From Candidatus Pacebacteria bacterium CG_4_9_14_0_2_um_filter_40_15 (GTDB taxonomy: Bacteria; Patescibacteriota; Microgenomatia; UBA1400; PJMF01), in contig PFRS01000005.1 of NCBI GenBank assembly GCA_002788675.1, positions 131,731 to 195,730 on the forward strand: a DNA stretch of 64,000 bases, in the 5' to 3' direction. Positions 16,568 through 26,554 of the stretch are shown piece by piece; the first letter of the stretch is position 1, and every line of letters starts with the position of its first letter. The translations under genes were made by a program, and so were the position numbers. The notes under the pieces were generated by a model. The model had not been told where the DNA came from, did no database searches, and saw only the letters and a program-made list of their open reading frames with translations.

Positions 16568-17869
16568 TTGATGCGAAAGGTACTCACCACCATTGGAATT
16601 ATTGCCACCTCATTCTTGTTTTTTAGTACTCCTGTTTTTGCACAAACTACCAATCCTGACATCCTCGAATACACCAACAACACTTTACAAATCATCACTC
16701 TTATTTCAACCGCAGCCGCGGTGTTTTTTTTGGTCAAAGCAGGGTATCTCTATATTACTTCATCAGGGAAACCTGAAGCTCTAGAATCTGCAAAGAACAC
16801 CATTAGAAACGCCATAATCGGCTTAACCTTGGTGTTGGCAGCAAATATAGTGACATCTGTCTTTCAGCACGCATTAAACTCTCAGACGACATCAGGAACT
16901 GGCACACCTATTGACGTTGTCAGTATTGAAACTGCTGAACCTTCTGAAGGCTTAACTCAGGTGCTTATTGATGCCATTGGTAGTTTTATTCAAAACATCG
17001 TGGAAAGCTCAACTGAGCCAATTGTGAATGGGGTGTTGGGCTACCTCACCACTACACCTACACTTTTGGATAATGAAGTAGTACGTAACTTCTGGTTTGT
17101 CACTGTTGGAATTGTTGACGCCTTGTTTGTCTTAGTGGTAGCTCTCATGGGACTGCAAGTTATGAGTGCTAGTACTTTTGGATTTGAAGAAGTTGAGATT
17201 AAACAGTTGTTGCCAAGGTTAGGACTGAGTTTTTTAGCTGCAAATATTTCACTCTTTTTGGCCGATTATGCCATTATCACTTGCAACGCCTTGGTTGAGG
17301 CTATACTAGACTCCACTGGAGGACTAAATCACGCTTGGATTCAAGCAGCATTTAATCCGACTGCAGTAATTTCTGGAACCACGCCACTCATCATTTTGAT
17401 TTTCATGGTTATGTTCTTGGTTGTCTCAATCGTGCTGTTACTCATGTATATCAGTCGCTTAATTATTATTTCCCTGGGGGCAGTTCTTTCGCCATTTATC
17501 TTCTTACTCTCAGCACTCCCAAAGTTTTCAGACCTCGCCTCAATTGCAATCAAGACATATCTTGTCAGCGTGTTTATCGTGTTTGTGCATGTGGTGATAA
17601 TTCAACTCGCTAGTTCGTTTTTGACCCTGCCTGAGCACAGTGAAAACTCACTTATTTCTATTGCCGTTGGCATTGGACTGTTTATCACCCTCCTCAAAAC
17701 TCCAAATCTGATGATGCAAATGGTCATGTACACCGCTAACTCTGGATCATTGAAAAAATTAGGAAACCAAATTATAAATGTGATGACAACAGATAACGCT
17801 TCAGTTGCAAGCAGAGCTCAGGCTCAAGACTCTGCATCCAAACTATCAAGAAAGGCAATAAAACTATGA
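16568..17869 (+). CDS. VirB6/TrbL-like polytopic membrane protein whose N-terminal ~100 aa is a paralog of the preceding pilin-like protein
   Basis: N-terminus 'STPVFAQTT...GYLYITSSGKPEALESAKNTIRNAIIGLTLVLAANIV' parallels the upstream ORF 'ATPAFAQTA...GYITSSGNPESLEKSKKTILYSAIGLTLVLGAFVL'. At least six further TM segments follow. Confidence 0.45.
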   Translation: MMRKVLTTIGIIATSFLFFSTPVFAQTTNPDILEYTNNTLQIITLISTAAAVFFLVKAGYLYITSSGKPEALESAKNTIRNAIIGLTLVLAANIVTSVFQHALNSQTTSGTGTPIDVVSIETAEPSEGLTQVLIDAIGSFIQNIVESSTEPIVNGVLGYLTTTPTLLDNEVVRNFWFVTVGIVDALFVLVVALMGLQVMSASTFGFEEVEIKQLLPRLGLSFLAANISLFLADYAIITCNALVEAILDSTGGLNHAWIQAAFNPTAVISGTTPLIILIFMVMFLVVSIVLLLMYISRLIIISLGAVLSPFIFLLSALPKFSDLASIAIKTYLVSVFIVFVHVVIIQLASSFLTLPEHSENSLISIAVGIGLFITLLKTPNLMMQMVMYTANSGSLKKLGNQIINVMTTDNASVASRAQAQDSASKLSRKAIKL

Positions 17870-18372
17870 GAAGCCGAGTCATACCCGCTCAAATAACCAC
17901 TGTAGAAGACAAAATTGCAGGTGATTTTAGTCTGACGCAAATTATGTTGTTACTGTTACCAGTCTTAATTGCTTCGTTTATTTACGCAATCCTTCCACCA
18001 AGCATGAGCTTTGTACTCTACAAACTAATCTTGGCGAGCATTTTTGCCATTGCAAGCATCACTCTGGCAATTAGAGTTAAGGGCAGAATTATTGCAAGTT
18101 GGCTTGTGGTCTTGATCCGATACAACATTAGGCCAAAATACTATGTATTCAACAAAAACTCTGCTACAAATCGAGAAATTATTCAACCTGAGGTTGAGAT
18201 TATCACTGTTGAAGAAAAAGAAACTAAAAGCGCTGATCTAAAAAGTATTCAGAACCTTGATATCAAAGATATTCTCAAACTTCGACACATTCTTGATACA
18301 ACAGATTTCAATCTAACCTACCGCTCCGGCAAGAAAGGAGGACTCAATGTGGCCTTTGAAAAAGTCTCTTAG
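17866..18372 (+). CDS. Small two-TM membrane protein (VirB3-like position)
   Basis: Hydrophobic N-terminal half; located between the VirB6-like and VirB4-like genes. Confidence 0.3.
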   Translation: MRSRVIPAQITTVEDKIAGDFSLTQIMLLLLPVLIASFIYAILPPSMSFVLYKLILASIFAIASITLAIRVKGRIIASWLVVLIRYNIRPKYYVFNKNSATNREIIQPEVEIITVEEKETKSADLKSIQNLDIKDILKLRHILDTTDFNLTYRSGKKGGLNVAFEKVS

Positions 18373-18967
18373 TAAAGCAAGTTCTCGCAATCAAATAGCT
18401 ATAAAAGAAGTGCGTGATGGCATTTTGGTTCTGCCAAATAATGAGCATCGTCTGGTAATCGAAACTTCTTCTGTGAACTTTGAACTTAAAAGTGAAGCTG
18501 AGCAGGACATACTCATAGATAGCTTTCAAACTTTTTTAAACTCACTCCCTTCTCAATTACAAATCCTCATTCGCATTCGAGAAGTAGACATTGATCTATA
18601 CGTGGATTCTATTGAGTTGCTAAAACAAAGTGAAGATGAAAAGAAGTACCTGGAACAAATTGATGATTACACACAATTTATCCGTCAACTCGTATCTGGT
18701 AACAAAATTCTTTCTCGCAAGTTTTACATTGTCTTACCTTACAAACCAGATTCCAAGAGCGATGTATTTGAATTAGCTCAAGCACAGTTAACCCTCACTC
18801 AAGATATGGTAATTAAATCTTTAGAAAAACTAGGTATGAAAGCTAGAAAACTAGATAGCCTGGAAGTCCTGCATCTTTTTTACAGCTTCTACAACAAAAA
18901 TCAACTCAAAACTCAAGAATTAACCAGTACTACTATGAAAGCAATATTGCAGCACAACTATGTTTAA
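18347..18967 (+). CDS. Hypothetical protein; possibly the detached N-terminal domain of VirB4
   Basis: 206 aa. Ends in an ATGTTTAA overlap with the VirB4 ATPase ORF; 206+604 aa approximates a full-length VirB4. Confidence 0.3.
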   Translation: MWPLKKSLSKASSRNQIAIKEVRDGILVLPNNEHRLVIETSSVNFELKSEAEQDILIDSFQTFLNSLPSQLQILIRIREVDIDLYVDSIELLKQSEDEKKYLEQIDDYTQFIRQLVSGNKILSRKFYIVLPYKPDSKSDVFELAQAQLTLTQDMVIKSLEKLGMKARKLDSLEVLHLFYSFYNKNQLKTQELTSTTMKAILQHNYV

Positions 18968-20774
18968 TACCGTTCAAACTCATTACCATAACTTACAAAA
19001 ATGGAAACGAAAAAAAGTCCGCAAGTTTCAAGCAACCCAAGAAAAGAAACGCCGTGAGCGACTCTCACTGCAGTTTAGTTTTGGTGAGCAAGATCAAGTT
19101 GATTTGATTTCCTATTCAGGACTCATGGAAGAATCAACCTACCTACAGATTGGTGATACGTATGTGAGAACTTTGTTTATTTCTGGTTACCCATATGTTG
19201 CCAATGTTGGATGGCTGAATATGCTGATTAACTTTAACCAAGATCTGGACATTTCATACCACATTGAGCAAGTTGATCCACTCATGGCCTTACCTAAATT
19301 AAATCGAAAAATTACTGAGCTTGAGTCAACTAAACGTAGTATGCTCAAGGCCGGAAAAGTAATTGGCTCTGAAATTACCGATCCACTTGAATCTGCTATG
19401 GAGCTCAAAGATAAAATTCAGCGAGGACAAGAGAAACTTTTTCAGATATCAATTTACATGACTCTGAGTGCAAGTAGTCTGGAGGAGCTAAACAAATCTA
19501 CACAAGTGCTAGAGACCATCATGTCCTCCAGGCTGTTTTACATTAAAAACGCCACTTTCCAGCAACTAGAGGACTTACAATCAACCCTTCCTAGAGGTGA
19601 AAACCAACTTGCACAAAAAAGAAATTTAGATAGTTCAAGTGCTGCACTTACTTTTCCGTTTGTGTCGTCTGAACTAGTGCAGGAATCTGGTATTTTATAT
19701 GGCATTAATAAATCAAATAACTCACTAGTCATTGTTGATCGGTTTTCACTTAATAACGCCAACTCAATTATTTTTGCTCAGTCTGGAAGTGGAAAAAGCT
19801 ACACAGCAAAGGTTGAGATCTTGCGCCAACTAATGCAACAAACAAAAGTGATTGTGATTGACCCTGAGCGCGAATATAAGCAACTGGCCAAATCTATTGG
19901 AGGTACATATATCCGACTTTCAGCAACTTCTAAAGAGAAAATCAACCCTTTTGATTTTTCTCTTAAATCTGTGACTGGTGAAAATGGACTAGCAGAACAT
20001 ATCCAAGACCTAACTGAAATTATTTCATTGATGGCAGGTTCTTTGAGTGACGAGGAACGAGCGGTGGTAGACAAGGCATTGATCGAAACCTACAAATCCT
20101 TTGGGATTAGTATGCGTAAGCGCAACTACGAGGTTGATCAAAAATTTCCTTTACTCAAGGACTTCTACGTAGTACTCAAAAAAATGAAGCAAAAAGAGTT
20201 GTGCCACAGGCTAGATAAGTTTGTGTCTGGATCACTCTCAAGCGTATTTGATTCGCAAACTAATGTTGATCTTTCCAATCGACTAGTGGTATTTGACATC
20301 AAAGATCTAGATGAATCTCTCAGGCAAATTATGATCTTAACCACTGCCAACTTTGTGCACTCTCAGGTAAAAAGTGATCCGCAAAAACGCATCTTGGTTA
20401 TTGATGAAGCGTGGTTGCTACTGCAACACGAAGAAAGTGCGCGGTTTTTGGCAGGTCTAGTACGGCGTGCCCGCAAGCATTACTTGGGTGTCACCTTAAT
20501 TTCTCAGCAAGCTAATGACTTTTTGAATCAAGAGTACGGCAGAGCCATTGCCTCACAGTCGTCACTACGAATCCTGATGAAACAAGATACTACATCTATT
20601 AAAAAAGTGGTGCAAGAATTTAACTTAAGTGAGTACGAACAACAGTTTTTACTAACCTGCGACCGAGGTGAAGCCTTGATCATTGCCGATCAAAACCATG
20701 TTGCGGTCAAAATTGTTGCCTCTGAAAAAGAACATCCAATGCTAACCACTGATCCGAAAGATTTATATCTATAG
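18960..20774 (+). CDS. virB4: VirB4/TrbE/CagE-family T4SS ATPase
   Basis: Walker A 'AQSGSGKSYTAK' and Walker B 'LVIDEAWLLL' (DEAW is typical of VirB4). Confidence 0.7.
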   Translation: MFNTVQTHYHNLQKWKRKKVRKFQATQEKKRRERLSLQFSFGEQDQVDLISYSGLMEESTYLQIGDTYVRTLFISGYPYVANVGWLNMLINFNQDLDISYHIEQVDPLMALPKLNRKITELESTKRSMLKAGKVIGSEITDPLESAMELKDKIQRGQEKLFQISIYMTLSASSLEELNKSTQVLETIMSSRLFYIKNATFQQLEDLQSTLPRGENQLAQKRNLDSSSAALTFPFVSSELVQESGILYGINKSNNSLVIVDRFSLNNANSIIFAQSGSGKSYTAKVEILRQLMQQTKVIVIDPEREYKQLAKSIGGTYIRLSATSKEKINPFDFSLKSVTGENGLAEHIQDLTEIISLMAGSLSDEERAVVDKALIETYKSFGISMRKRNYEVDQKFPLLKDFYVVLKKMKQKELCHRLDKFVSGSLSSVFDSQTNVDLSNRLVVFDIKDLDESLRQIMILTTANFVHSQVKSDPQKRILVIDEAWLLLQHEESARFLAGLVRRARKHYLGVTLISQQANDFLNQEYGRAIASQSSLRILMKQDTTSIKKVVQEFNLSEYEQQFLLTCDRGEALIIADQNHVAVKIVASEKEHPMLTTDPKDLYL

Positions 20775-21392
20775 ATGCATGCCATACTTACCACCCATAC
20801 CATCTGGTCATTTAGAAGAGAACTGCAGTTAGTAGCTTTTTCATTTCTGGTTTTGTTGTCTCTGCCAGTGATTGCAGTCATCATCCTGATGCACACCGGC
20901 ATCAATATTGTTTCTGATGCGTTGATTGAAGTGGTAGCAGAAACTCAAACCATTCTTATAAAAAATCCGGCTGATGGGTCTGTTGTAAAAGAAGTTTCTA
21001 AAAAAGTAGCTTGGCCTGTACAAGGAGTTACTACACTCGAGTTTGCGGGCTCAAGCAAATACCAGAAATTCCACGCAGGAATTGATATTGCAAATCCCCA
21101 TGGAAAAGTTGGTGACAAAATTTCACCATTTATGGATGGTACGGTAACCTATGCTGGTGAAATATTCTGGGGGTATGGCAAGCATGTAATTATTGATCAT
21201 GGTGACAATATTAGTTCTGTGTATGCACATCTCAATCGGATTAGTGTTTATGAAGGTCAGGAAGTGAAGGTGGCTGATACAATTGGGGAAATGGGTAGCA
21301 CTGGCTGGTCTACAGGGCCACATTTACATTTTGAGATTAGGGTGTATGGGGTGCCGGTGAATCCTAAAACAATTTTACAGAACACAAACTAA
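20775..21392 (+). CDS. M23-family peptidoglycan endopeptidase (T4SS-associated cell-wall hydrolase)
   Basis: 'HAGIDIANPHG', 'GKHVIIDHGDNISSVYAHL', 'GSTGWSTGPHLHFEI' are LytM/M23 motifs. Confidence 0.75.
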   Translation: MHAILTTHTIWSFRRELQLVAFSFLVLLSLPVIAVIILMHTGINIVSDALIEVVAETQTILIKNPADGSVVKEVSKKVAWPVQGVTTLEFAGSSKYQKFHAGIDIANPHGKVGDKISPFMDGTVTYAGEIFWGYGKHVIIDHGDNISSVYAHLNRISVYEGQEVKVADTIGEMGSTGWSTGPHLHFEIRVYGVPVNPKTILQNTN

Positions 21393-21415
21393 CCATATAT
21401 TGATATAATTTTAGT

Positions 21416-23350
21416 ATGATTATTCCAGACAATGAAACCGCTGTTGACCTTCTAAATAACCAACCAATAGCTAATAACATCGTTGATTTACTTAAAGACC
21501 ACATGGGTGAGCCAATCACAATTGGCGTTCATGGTGACTGGGGTGCTGGCAAATCAAGTGTTTTGGAAATGATTGAAGCATCTTTTATAAATAACAAAGA
21601 TGGTATTTTATGCCTAAGGTTTGATGGATGGAGGTTTCAAGGTTTCGAAGATGCAAAGATTGCCTTAATTGAAGGGATCGTAACTGGCTTACTGAATGAG
21701 CGCTCGTTATCAGCCAAATCAGTCGAAAAAATAAAAAACCTCTTAAAAAGAGTTGACTGGCTCAAATTAGCGAAACATGGCGGTGGTTTGGCAGTAACTG
21801 CTTTTACTGGTTTACCAAATCCTGATCATATACGGCTAGCCGTTACTGCATTAAAAACATTAGTAAATGACCCAGGTGCAGCTGTAGACAAAGAAAAAAT
21901 AACTGCTGCATTAGAAAGTGCAGATGGAATACTAAGGCCTGCCGAGGAAGTAAAAAGAATACCAGAAGAGATACAAGCGTTCAGAAAAGAGTTTGATGAT
22001 CTACTTGAAGAATCAGGCATTAACCAATTAGTTGTATTGATTGACGATTTAGACAGGTGCCTACCAAAAACTGTGATTGAAACCCTTGAGGCTATACGTC
22101 TTTTTGTATTCACGAGCAGAACAGCTTTTATTGTTGCTGCAGATGAAGGTATGATTGAATACTCAGTCCGAGAACACTTTCCTGATTTGCCAGAGTCTAC
22201 AAATTCGAGAGATTATGCACGTAATTATTTAGAAAAATTAGTTCAAGTTCCTTTCAGGTTACCTAGTCTCGGAGAACTTGAAACAAAAGTGTATGTAAGT
22301 CTCCTTCTAATTGGCTCTGAGTTAGGCGAAGACGATAGTGACTTTTTGAAGTTGGCTGCAGCAGCAAAAGAAGTAATGCGCAAACCTTGGGAAGAATCAT
22401 CGCTGGAAATTAAAACAATAAATGAAACTCTTGGAGAAAAAGCAAAGCAAGTCACTGACATAATTCTTATAAGTGAACAAATTGGACACTCTCTTGCAGG
22501 AGGAACGAATGGTAATCCGAGGCAGATTAAGCGATTCCTAAATACATTACTCTTACGCAAAGAAGCAGCAGAAGCACGTGGGTTTGGCGATGAAATTGCA
22601 TTGCCGATCCTTGCAAAATTGATGCTGGCAGAACGTTTTATCCCGGGACTTTTTGACCGCATCGCACAAACAGCCGCTATTGACCCGACAGGAGTTTGCC
22701 CTGAAATTGCATCTTTGGAAACCTCTATCAAGAATGATTCTGAAAGTGAACAAGAAACATCAACACCTCAGGTAAAAACGTCAACTGAAGATGAAAAAAG
22801 CACACCCGAATGGCTAGATAATCCTGAAATACTTGCCTGGGCAAGAATAGAACCACCTCTAGCAAAGGTAGATTTGAGACCCTATCTTTTCATAGCCAAA
22901 GAAAGAAAAGACTACTTTGCAGGGGCTGCTATATCGCCCAAACTTTCACTCCTTGCTGAAAAACTGATGGGCGGCGAACTTGGAGTTCAAGGACAATCTT
23001 CTCAAGTTTCTTCACTTGCTCCAGAAGAACAAGTAACCCTGTTTGATTTAATTAGAGGAAGAACCATGAGGTCGGGAAACTTCGCTAAAAAACCAGATGG
23101 TATTGAAGGACTTAAATTACTCTCAAAAAATAACACTGCATTAGAAACAAAACTTGTGGATTTTTTAGATACTCTTCCCACCTCAACGCTTGGTCCGTGG
23201 TGTATTGGTGGATGGGATACCACAATTAAAGAAACAGGTAATAAAGCAAGATTAGCAACTCTTGTTCAGGGGTGGGCTGAGGTTAATGATAACAGGGTAC
23301 TCAGTAGTGTGGCAAAACAAGCCGTGAATCTGCCTAAGAAGGGAAAATGA
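21416..23350 (+). CDS. qatA: KAP-family P-loop NTPase (QatA-like)
   Basis: 'GVHGDWGAGKSSVLEMIE' is the KAP NTPase Walker A signature; 644 aa. Confidence 0.6.
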   Translation: MIIPDNETAVDLLNNQPIANNIVDLLKDHMGEPITIGVHGDWGAGKSSVLEMIEASFINNKDGILCLRFDGWRFQGFEDAKIALIEGIVTGLLNERSLSAKSVEKIKNLLKRVDWLKLAKHGGGLAVTAFTGLPNPDHIRLAVTALKTLVNDPGAAVDKEKITAALESADGILRPAEEVKRIPEEIQAFRKEFDDLLEESGINQLVVLIDDLDRCLPKTVIETLEAIRLFVFTSRTAFIVAADEGMIEYSVREHFPDLPESTNSRDYARNYLEKLVQVPFRLPSLGELETKVYVSLLLIGSELGEDDSDFLKLAAAAKEVMRKPWEESSLEIKTINETLGEKAKQVTDIILISEQIGHSLAGGTNGNPRQIKRFLNTLLLRKEAAEARGFGDEIALPILAKLMLAERFIPGLFDRIAQTAAIDPTGVCPEIASLETSIKNDSESEQETSTPQVKTSTEDEKSTPEWLDNPEILAWARIEPPLAKVDLRPYLFIAKERKDYFAGAAISPKLSLLAEKLMGGELGVQGQSSQVSSLAPEEQVTLFDLIRGRTMRSGNFAKKPDGIEGLKLLSKNNTALETKLVDFLDTLPTSTLGPWCIGGWDTTIKETGNKARLATLVQGWAEVNDNRVLSSVAKQAVNLPKKGK

Positions 23351-23351
23351 T

Positions 23352-24221
23352 ATGGGCACATCAAATCCAAATGGAGGATCTAGTGGAAGTAACCCACTTA
23401 TTCCAAGTTGGTTAGTTGATCCTGCAGGAACTAGCACTGAAAACTCAGACACTGCTGAAACTGTAGATAATCCCAATGAAGACTCACAGACTGGCAGCGA
23501 GGAACAAAGCATACCTACTGTTGTGGTAGACCATCAAAGGTATTCTCCTGCAAGAAGCAACTTCACAAGATTTACTAAATCCGGTGGCCGCGACACTAAT
23601 AGCTTGAGGCGGGCTGTGTCTAGTTACGTCCGAAGAAGCTCGGGTGGTGCGAAAAATGCTACCACAAAGATGGGATCTTCGAGAAAGACCGCGTCAAAAT
23701 TGCTGGGTTTCTTACAAGAAGCATCTAATAATGGAATTGAATCTGCTCTTAAATCACTGAACTTAGAAAGCTTATCAGGAAACTCTATGAACGAGTTGTT
23801 CATTGAGTTAACTGACTTTCTTTGCTCTGAGGCTGGCACGGTGGATGCTGGCATTGCTAGAGATGCTTTTATTAAAACTATCGCTGATGTAAATGAAGAG
23901 CAGGTAATAGATGACGGTACTTTGAGTTATGAGCAGGTGCAGACAATTTTTGAACTCTATATTACTCACACGATTGAAGATATGATACTAAATGAAATTG
24001 GAACCAATATAATTTTCCAAACACAGACTTTGGATGATGCTGACCTTGTTCAGGCTCAACTTCACGACTTTATTAGAAATGGCGTCAGTGATGCCCTATC
24101 AAACTCAGGTAACAAAATTAATCAACTTAACCAAAACGAAATTGGAAGTTTTGTTGACAACATTTACGAAAGCACTTTTAATTTACTGTCCGCTCTCTAC
24201 GAGGAAGGTGGTGTTGGATGA
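23352..24221 (+). CDS. qatB: Hypothetical protein in the QatB position
   Basis: 289 aa with no recognisable motif. Start/stop coupled to both neighbours. Confidence 0.35.
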   Translation: MGTSNPNGGSSGSNPLIPSWLVDPAGTSTENSDTAETVDNPNEDSQTGSEEQSIPTVVVDHQRYSPARSNFTRFTKSGGRDTNSLRRAVSSYVRRSSGGAKNATTKMGSSRKTASKLLGFLQEASNNGIESALKSLNLESLSGNSMNELFIELTDFLCSEAGTVDAGIARDAFIKTIADVNEEQVIDDGTLSYEQVQTIFELYITHTIEDMILNEIGTNIIFQTQTLDDADLVQAQLHDFIRNGVSDALSNSGNKINQLNQNEIGSFVDNIYESTFNLLSALYEEGGVG

Positions 24222-25582
24222 TGAATCATGTTATCTATGGTTACTTTGGTTCTGAGGACAAGCCAACTTTAAATCCTGGTGATGGAGTAAAGGTAACACT
24301 ACTAAATCTACTAGGTAGTGATGGATATCTTGGTCATGGTATTGGCAACGTAGTTGATGATCTTGCAAAGCTTGGTGTATTCCCAAGTCAAATCGGAATC
24401 GAATTACTCGTTTTAGCAGCGCATGTACAAGCGGCAGACACAAGGATTTCAAGATCTACAGGGTCTGAGGACTCATGGACTAGAAAAATCAGCGTAGTTG
24501 TTCCAGTTACAAGTGATGTGAATAGATGGGAACGTGTATCAACTATTTTGACTAGAGCCTTAGATTTTTTAACAGGTGATCTGTGGGACATACGATTTAG
24601 AGCAAGTAGTTATAACGAAGCGCTGGTTAAAGAACAAGCTCCTTTGGAAACACAAACCTTCGACTCAATTAGTTTGTTTTCAGGAGGGTTGGACAGTCTA
24701 ATTGGTGCCATAGACTTACTTGAACAAAAAGAAAATACACTTTTTGTAAGCCATGCTAGTGATGGAGCAACAAGCGCAGCGCAATATGAGTTGTTTGATG
24801 GCTTAAAAGAGCAATATGAAAACCTAAATATCGAACGTATAAGACTATGGATGAGTTTCCCGAAAAATTTGGTGGAAGACTCCCAACCAGAGATGACAAT
24901 GAGGAGCAGGTCTTTTCTATTCTTTGCATTGGGTGTGGCTGCAGGCACTGGTTTAGAGCATAAGTTCAAGCTATTTGTGCCAGAAAATGGACTCATTGCG
25001 CTAAATGTTCCTTTAGATCCTTTACGTATGGGATCTCACAGCACCCATACAACGCATCCTTTTTACATGGCAAGATGGAATGAACTTTTGGTCGAATTAG
25101 GGATCGATGGAGAGTTAACTAACCCCTATTGGGATAAGACGAAAGGTGAAATGGTTGGAGCATGCGCCAACAAGCAGTTACTTTCTGACTTAATATCTAC
25201 ATCACTTTCATGCTCGTCACCTTCAAAAGGACGTTGGTCGGGAAAATCAAGTGAACACTGTGGTTATTGTGTGCCCTGTATTATCCGACGAGCCGCTATA
25301 AAAGCCAGCTCACTTAACGATAACACTCCTTACTCTCTCGACAATTTGCAAGGACAGTCACTAAACACTCTGGTTGCAGAAGGCAAACAGATCAGGTCAT
25401 TTCAATTTGCTCTTAGTCGTTTACAAGCAAAACCTGAATTAGCAAAATATCTCATTTACAATGCTGGACCATTGCTCGATCTTTCAAGTACTACAAAATA
25501 TGGTCTTTCTGATGTTTACACAAGAGGACTTTTGGAGGTTTCGAAACTTTTAGAAGGTGTTGAAACCAAACCAATTGAATAA
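24218..25582 (+). CDS. qatC: QueC-like PP-loop ATPase with an N-terminal extension (QatC-like)
   Basis: PP-loop 'LFSGGLDSLIGA' and C-terminal zinc motif 'CGYCVPCIIRRAA', as in QueC. About 140 extra N-terminal residues. Confidence 0.6.
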   Translation: MMNHVIYGYFGSEDKPTLNPGDGVKVTLLNLLGSDGYLGHGIGNVVDDLAKLGVFPSQIGIELLVLAAHVQAADTRISRSTGSEDSWTRKISVVVPVTSDVNRWERVSTILTRALDFLTGDLWDIRFRASSYNEALVKEQAPLETQTFDSISLFSGGLDSLIGAIDLLEQKENTLFVSHASDGATSAAQYELFDGLKEQYENLNIERIRLWMSFPKNLVEDSQPEMTMRSRSFLFFALGVAAGTGLEHKFKLFVPENGLIALNVPLDPLRMGSHSTHTTHPFYMARWNELLVELGIDGELTNPYWDKTKGEMVGACANKQLLSDLISTSLSCSSPSKGRWSGKSSEHCGYCVPCIIRRAAIKASSLNDNTPYSLDNLQGQSLNTLVAEGKQIRSFQFALSRLQAKPELAKYLIYNAGPLLDLSSTTKYGLSDVYTRGLLEVSKLLEGVETKPIE

Positions 25583-25588
25583 ATTAAT

Positions 25589-26320
25589 ATGCAACTCGTT
25601 GATTTTCATTGCCACCTTGATCTGTATCCAGACTTTACTGAAGTAATAAAGAATTACGAACAAAAAAGGATCTATACACTCGCAGTTACTACCACTCCTA
25701 GAGCATGGCTCAAGAATAATGAGCTTACAAAATATTCAAAATATATTCAGGTTGCACTTGGTTATCATCCACAATTAGTAGATGAATCGTGGCGGAAAGA
25801 ACTGGAAATCTGGATAAAACACCTTCCTGAAACAAAATTTGTTGGTGAAGTAGGCATTGATGGCAGCACTAAATTTAAGAATACATTGGTGTTTCAAAAA
25901 CAGGTTTTTAAAGAAATTCTCATACATTGTGCTAATGCAGAAAATAAAATTCTATCTGTTCATAGTTTGAACAGCTCGAGAACTGTTCTAGACTTGATTG
26001 AGGAATACTTGCCTCAGAGTAAAGGTCGTGTAGTTTTACACTGGTTCACGGGAACTATTCCAGAGGCAAAAAAAGCTTTAAAACTTGGTTGCTACTTTTC
26101 TATCAACCCTCGAATGCTAAATACAAAAAAAGGGCAAGAGCTTCTGAAAACATTACCAATTGATAAGTTATTAACAGAAACAGACGGACCCTTTGTCAAG
26201 ATCAATATCTCCGATACAATTCGTGGACTAGCAATAGCAAAACATAATACGGTTGATTTTATCAGTAAGCAGATTTCAAATAATTTTCACACTTTAATAA
26301 ATACACAACTACTAGAGTAA
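25589..26320 (+). CDS. qatD: TatD-family metal-dependent nuclease (QatD-like)
   Basis: 'VDFHCHLDLY', 'GEVGIDGS' and 'TETDGPF' are TatD motifs. Confidence 0.6.
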   Translation: MQLVDFHCHLDLYPDFTEVIKNYEQKRIYTLAVTTTPRAWLKNNELTKYSKYIQVALGYHPQLVDESWRKELEIWIKHLPETKFVGEVGIDGSTKFKNTLVFQKQVFKEILIHCANAENKILSVHSLNSSRTVLDLIEEYLPQSKGRVVLHWFTGTIPEAKKALKLGCYFSINPRMLNTKKGQELLKTLPIDKLLTETDGPFVKINISDTIRGLAIAKHNTVDFISKQISNNFHTLINTQLLE

Positions 26321-26347
26321 TCAAAAAAATACTTCTATAATACACAT

Positions 26348-26554
26348 ATGGGATCACAACAAAAATTTGGCCAAAACCTAAGACTAGCTCGAAAAAAAGC
26401 TGATCTTACTCAACAACAAGTTGCAGAAAAAGCCAAACTACACACCAACTACTACGCACGTATTGAAAGAGGGGAAGAAAATCCCTCCTATGAAGTGCTA
26501 GAAAAAATTGTCAAAGCCTTGAAGATAAAGTCCTCAGAGGTATTTCCGTTTTAA
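26348..26554 (+). CDS. XRE-family helix-turn-helix transcriptional regulator
   Basis: 'LRLARKKADLTQQQVAEKAKLHTNYYARIERGEENPSYEVLEKIVKAL' is a Cro/C1-type HTH. Confidence 0.6.
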   Translation: MGSQQKFGQNLRLARKKADLTQQQVAEKAKLHTNYYARIERGEENPSYEVLEKIVKALKIKSSEVFPF

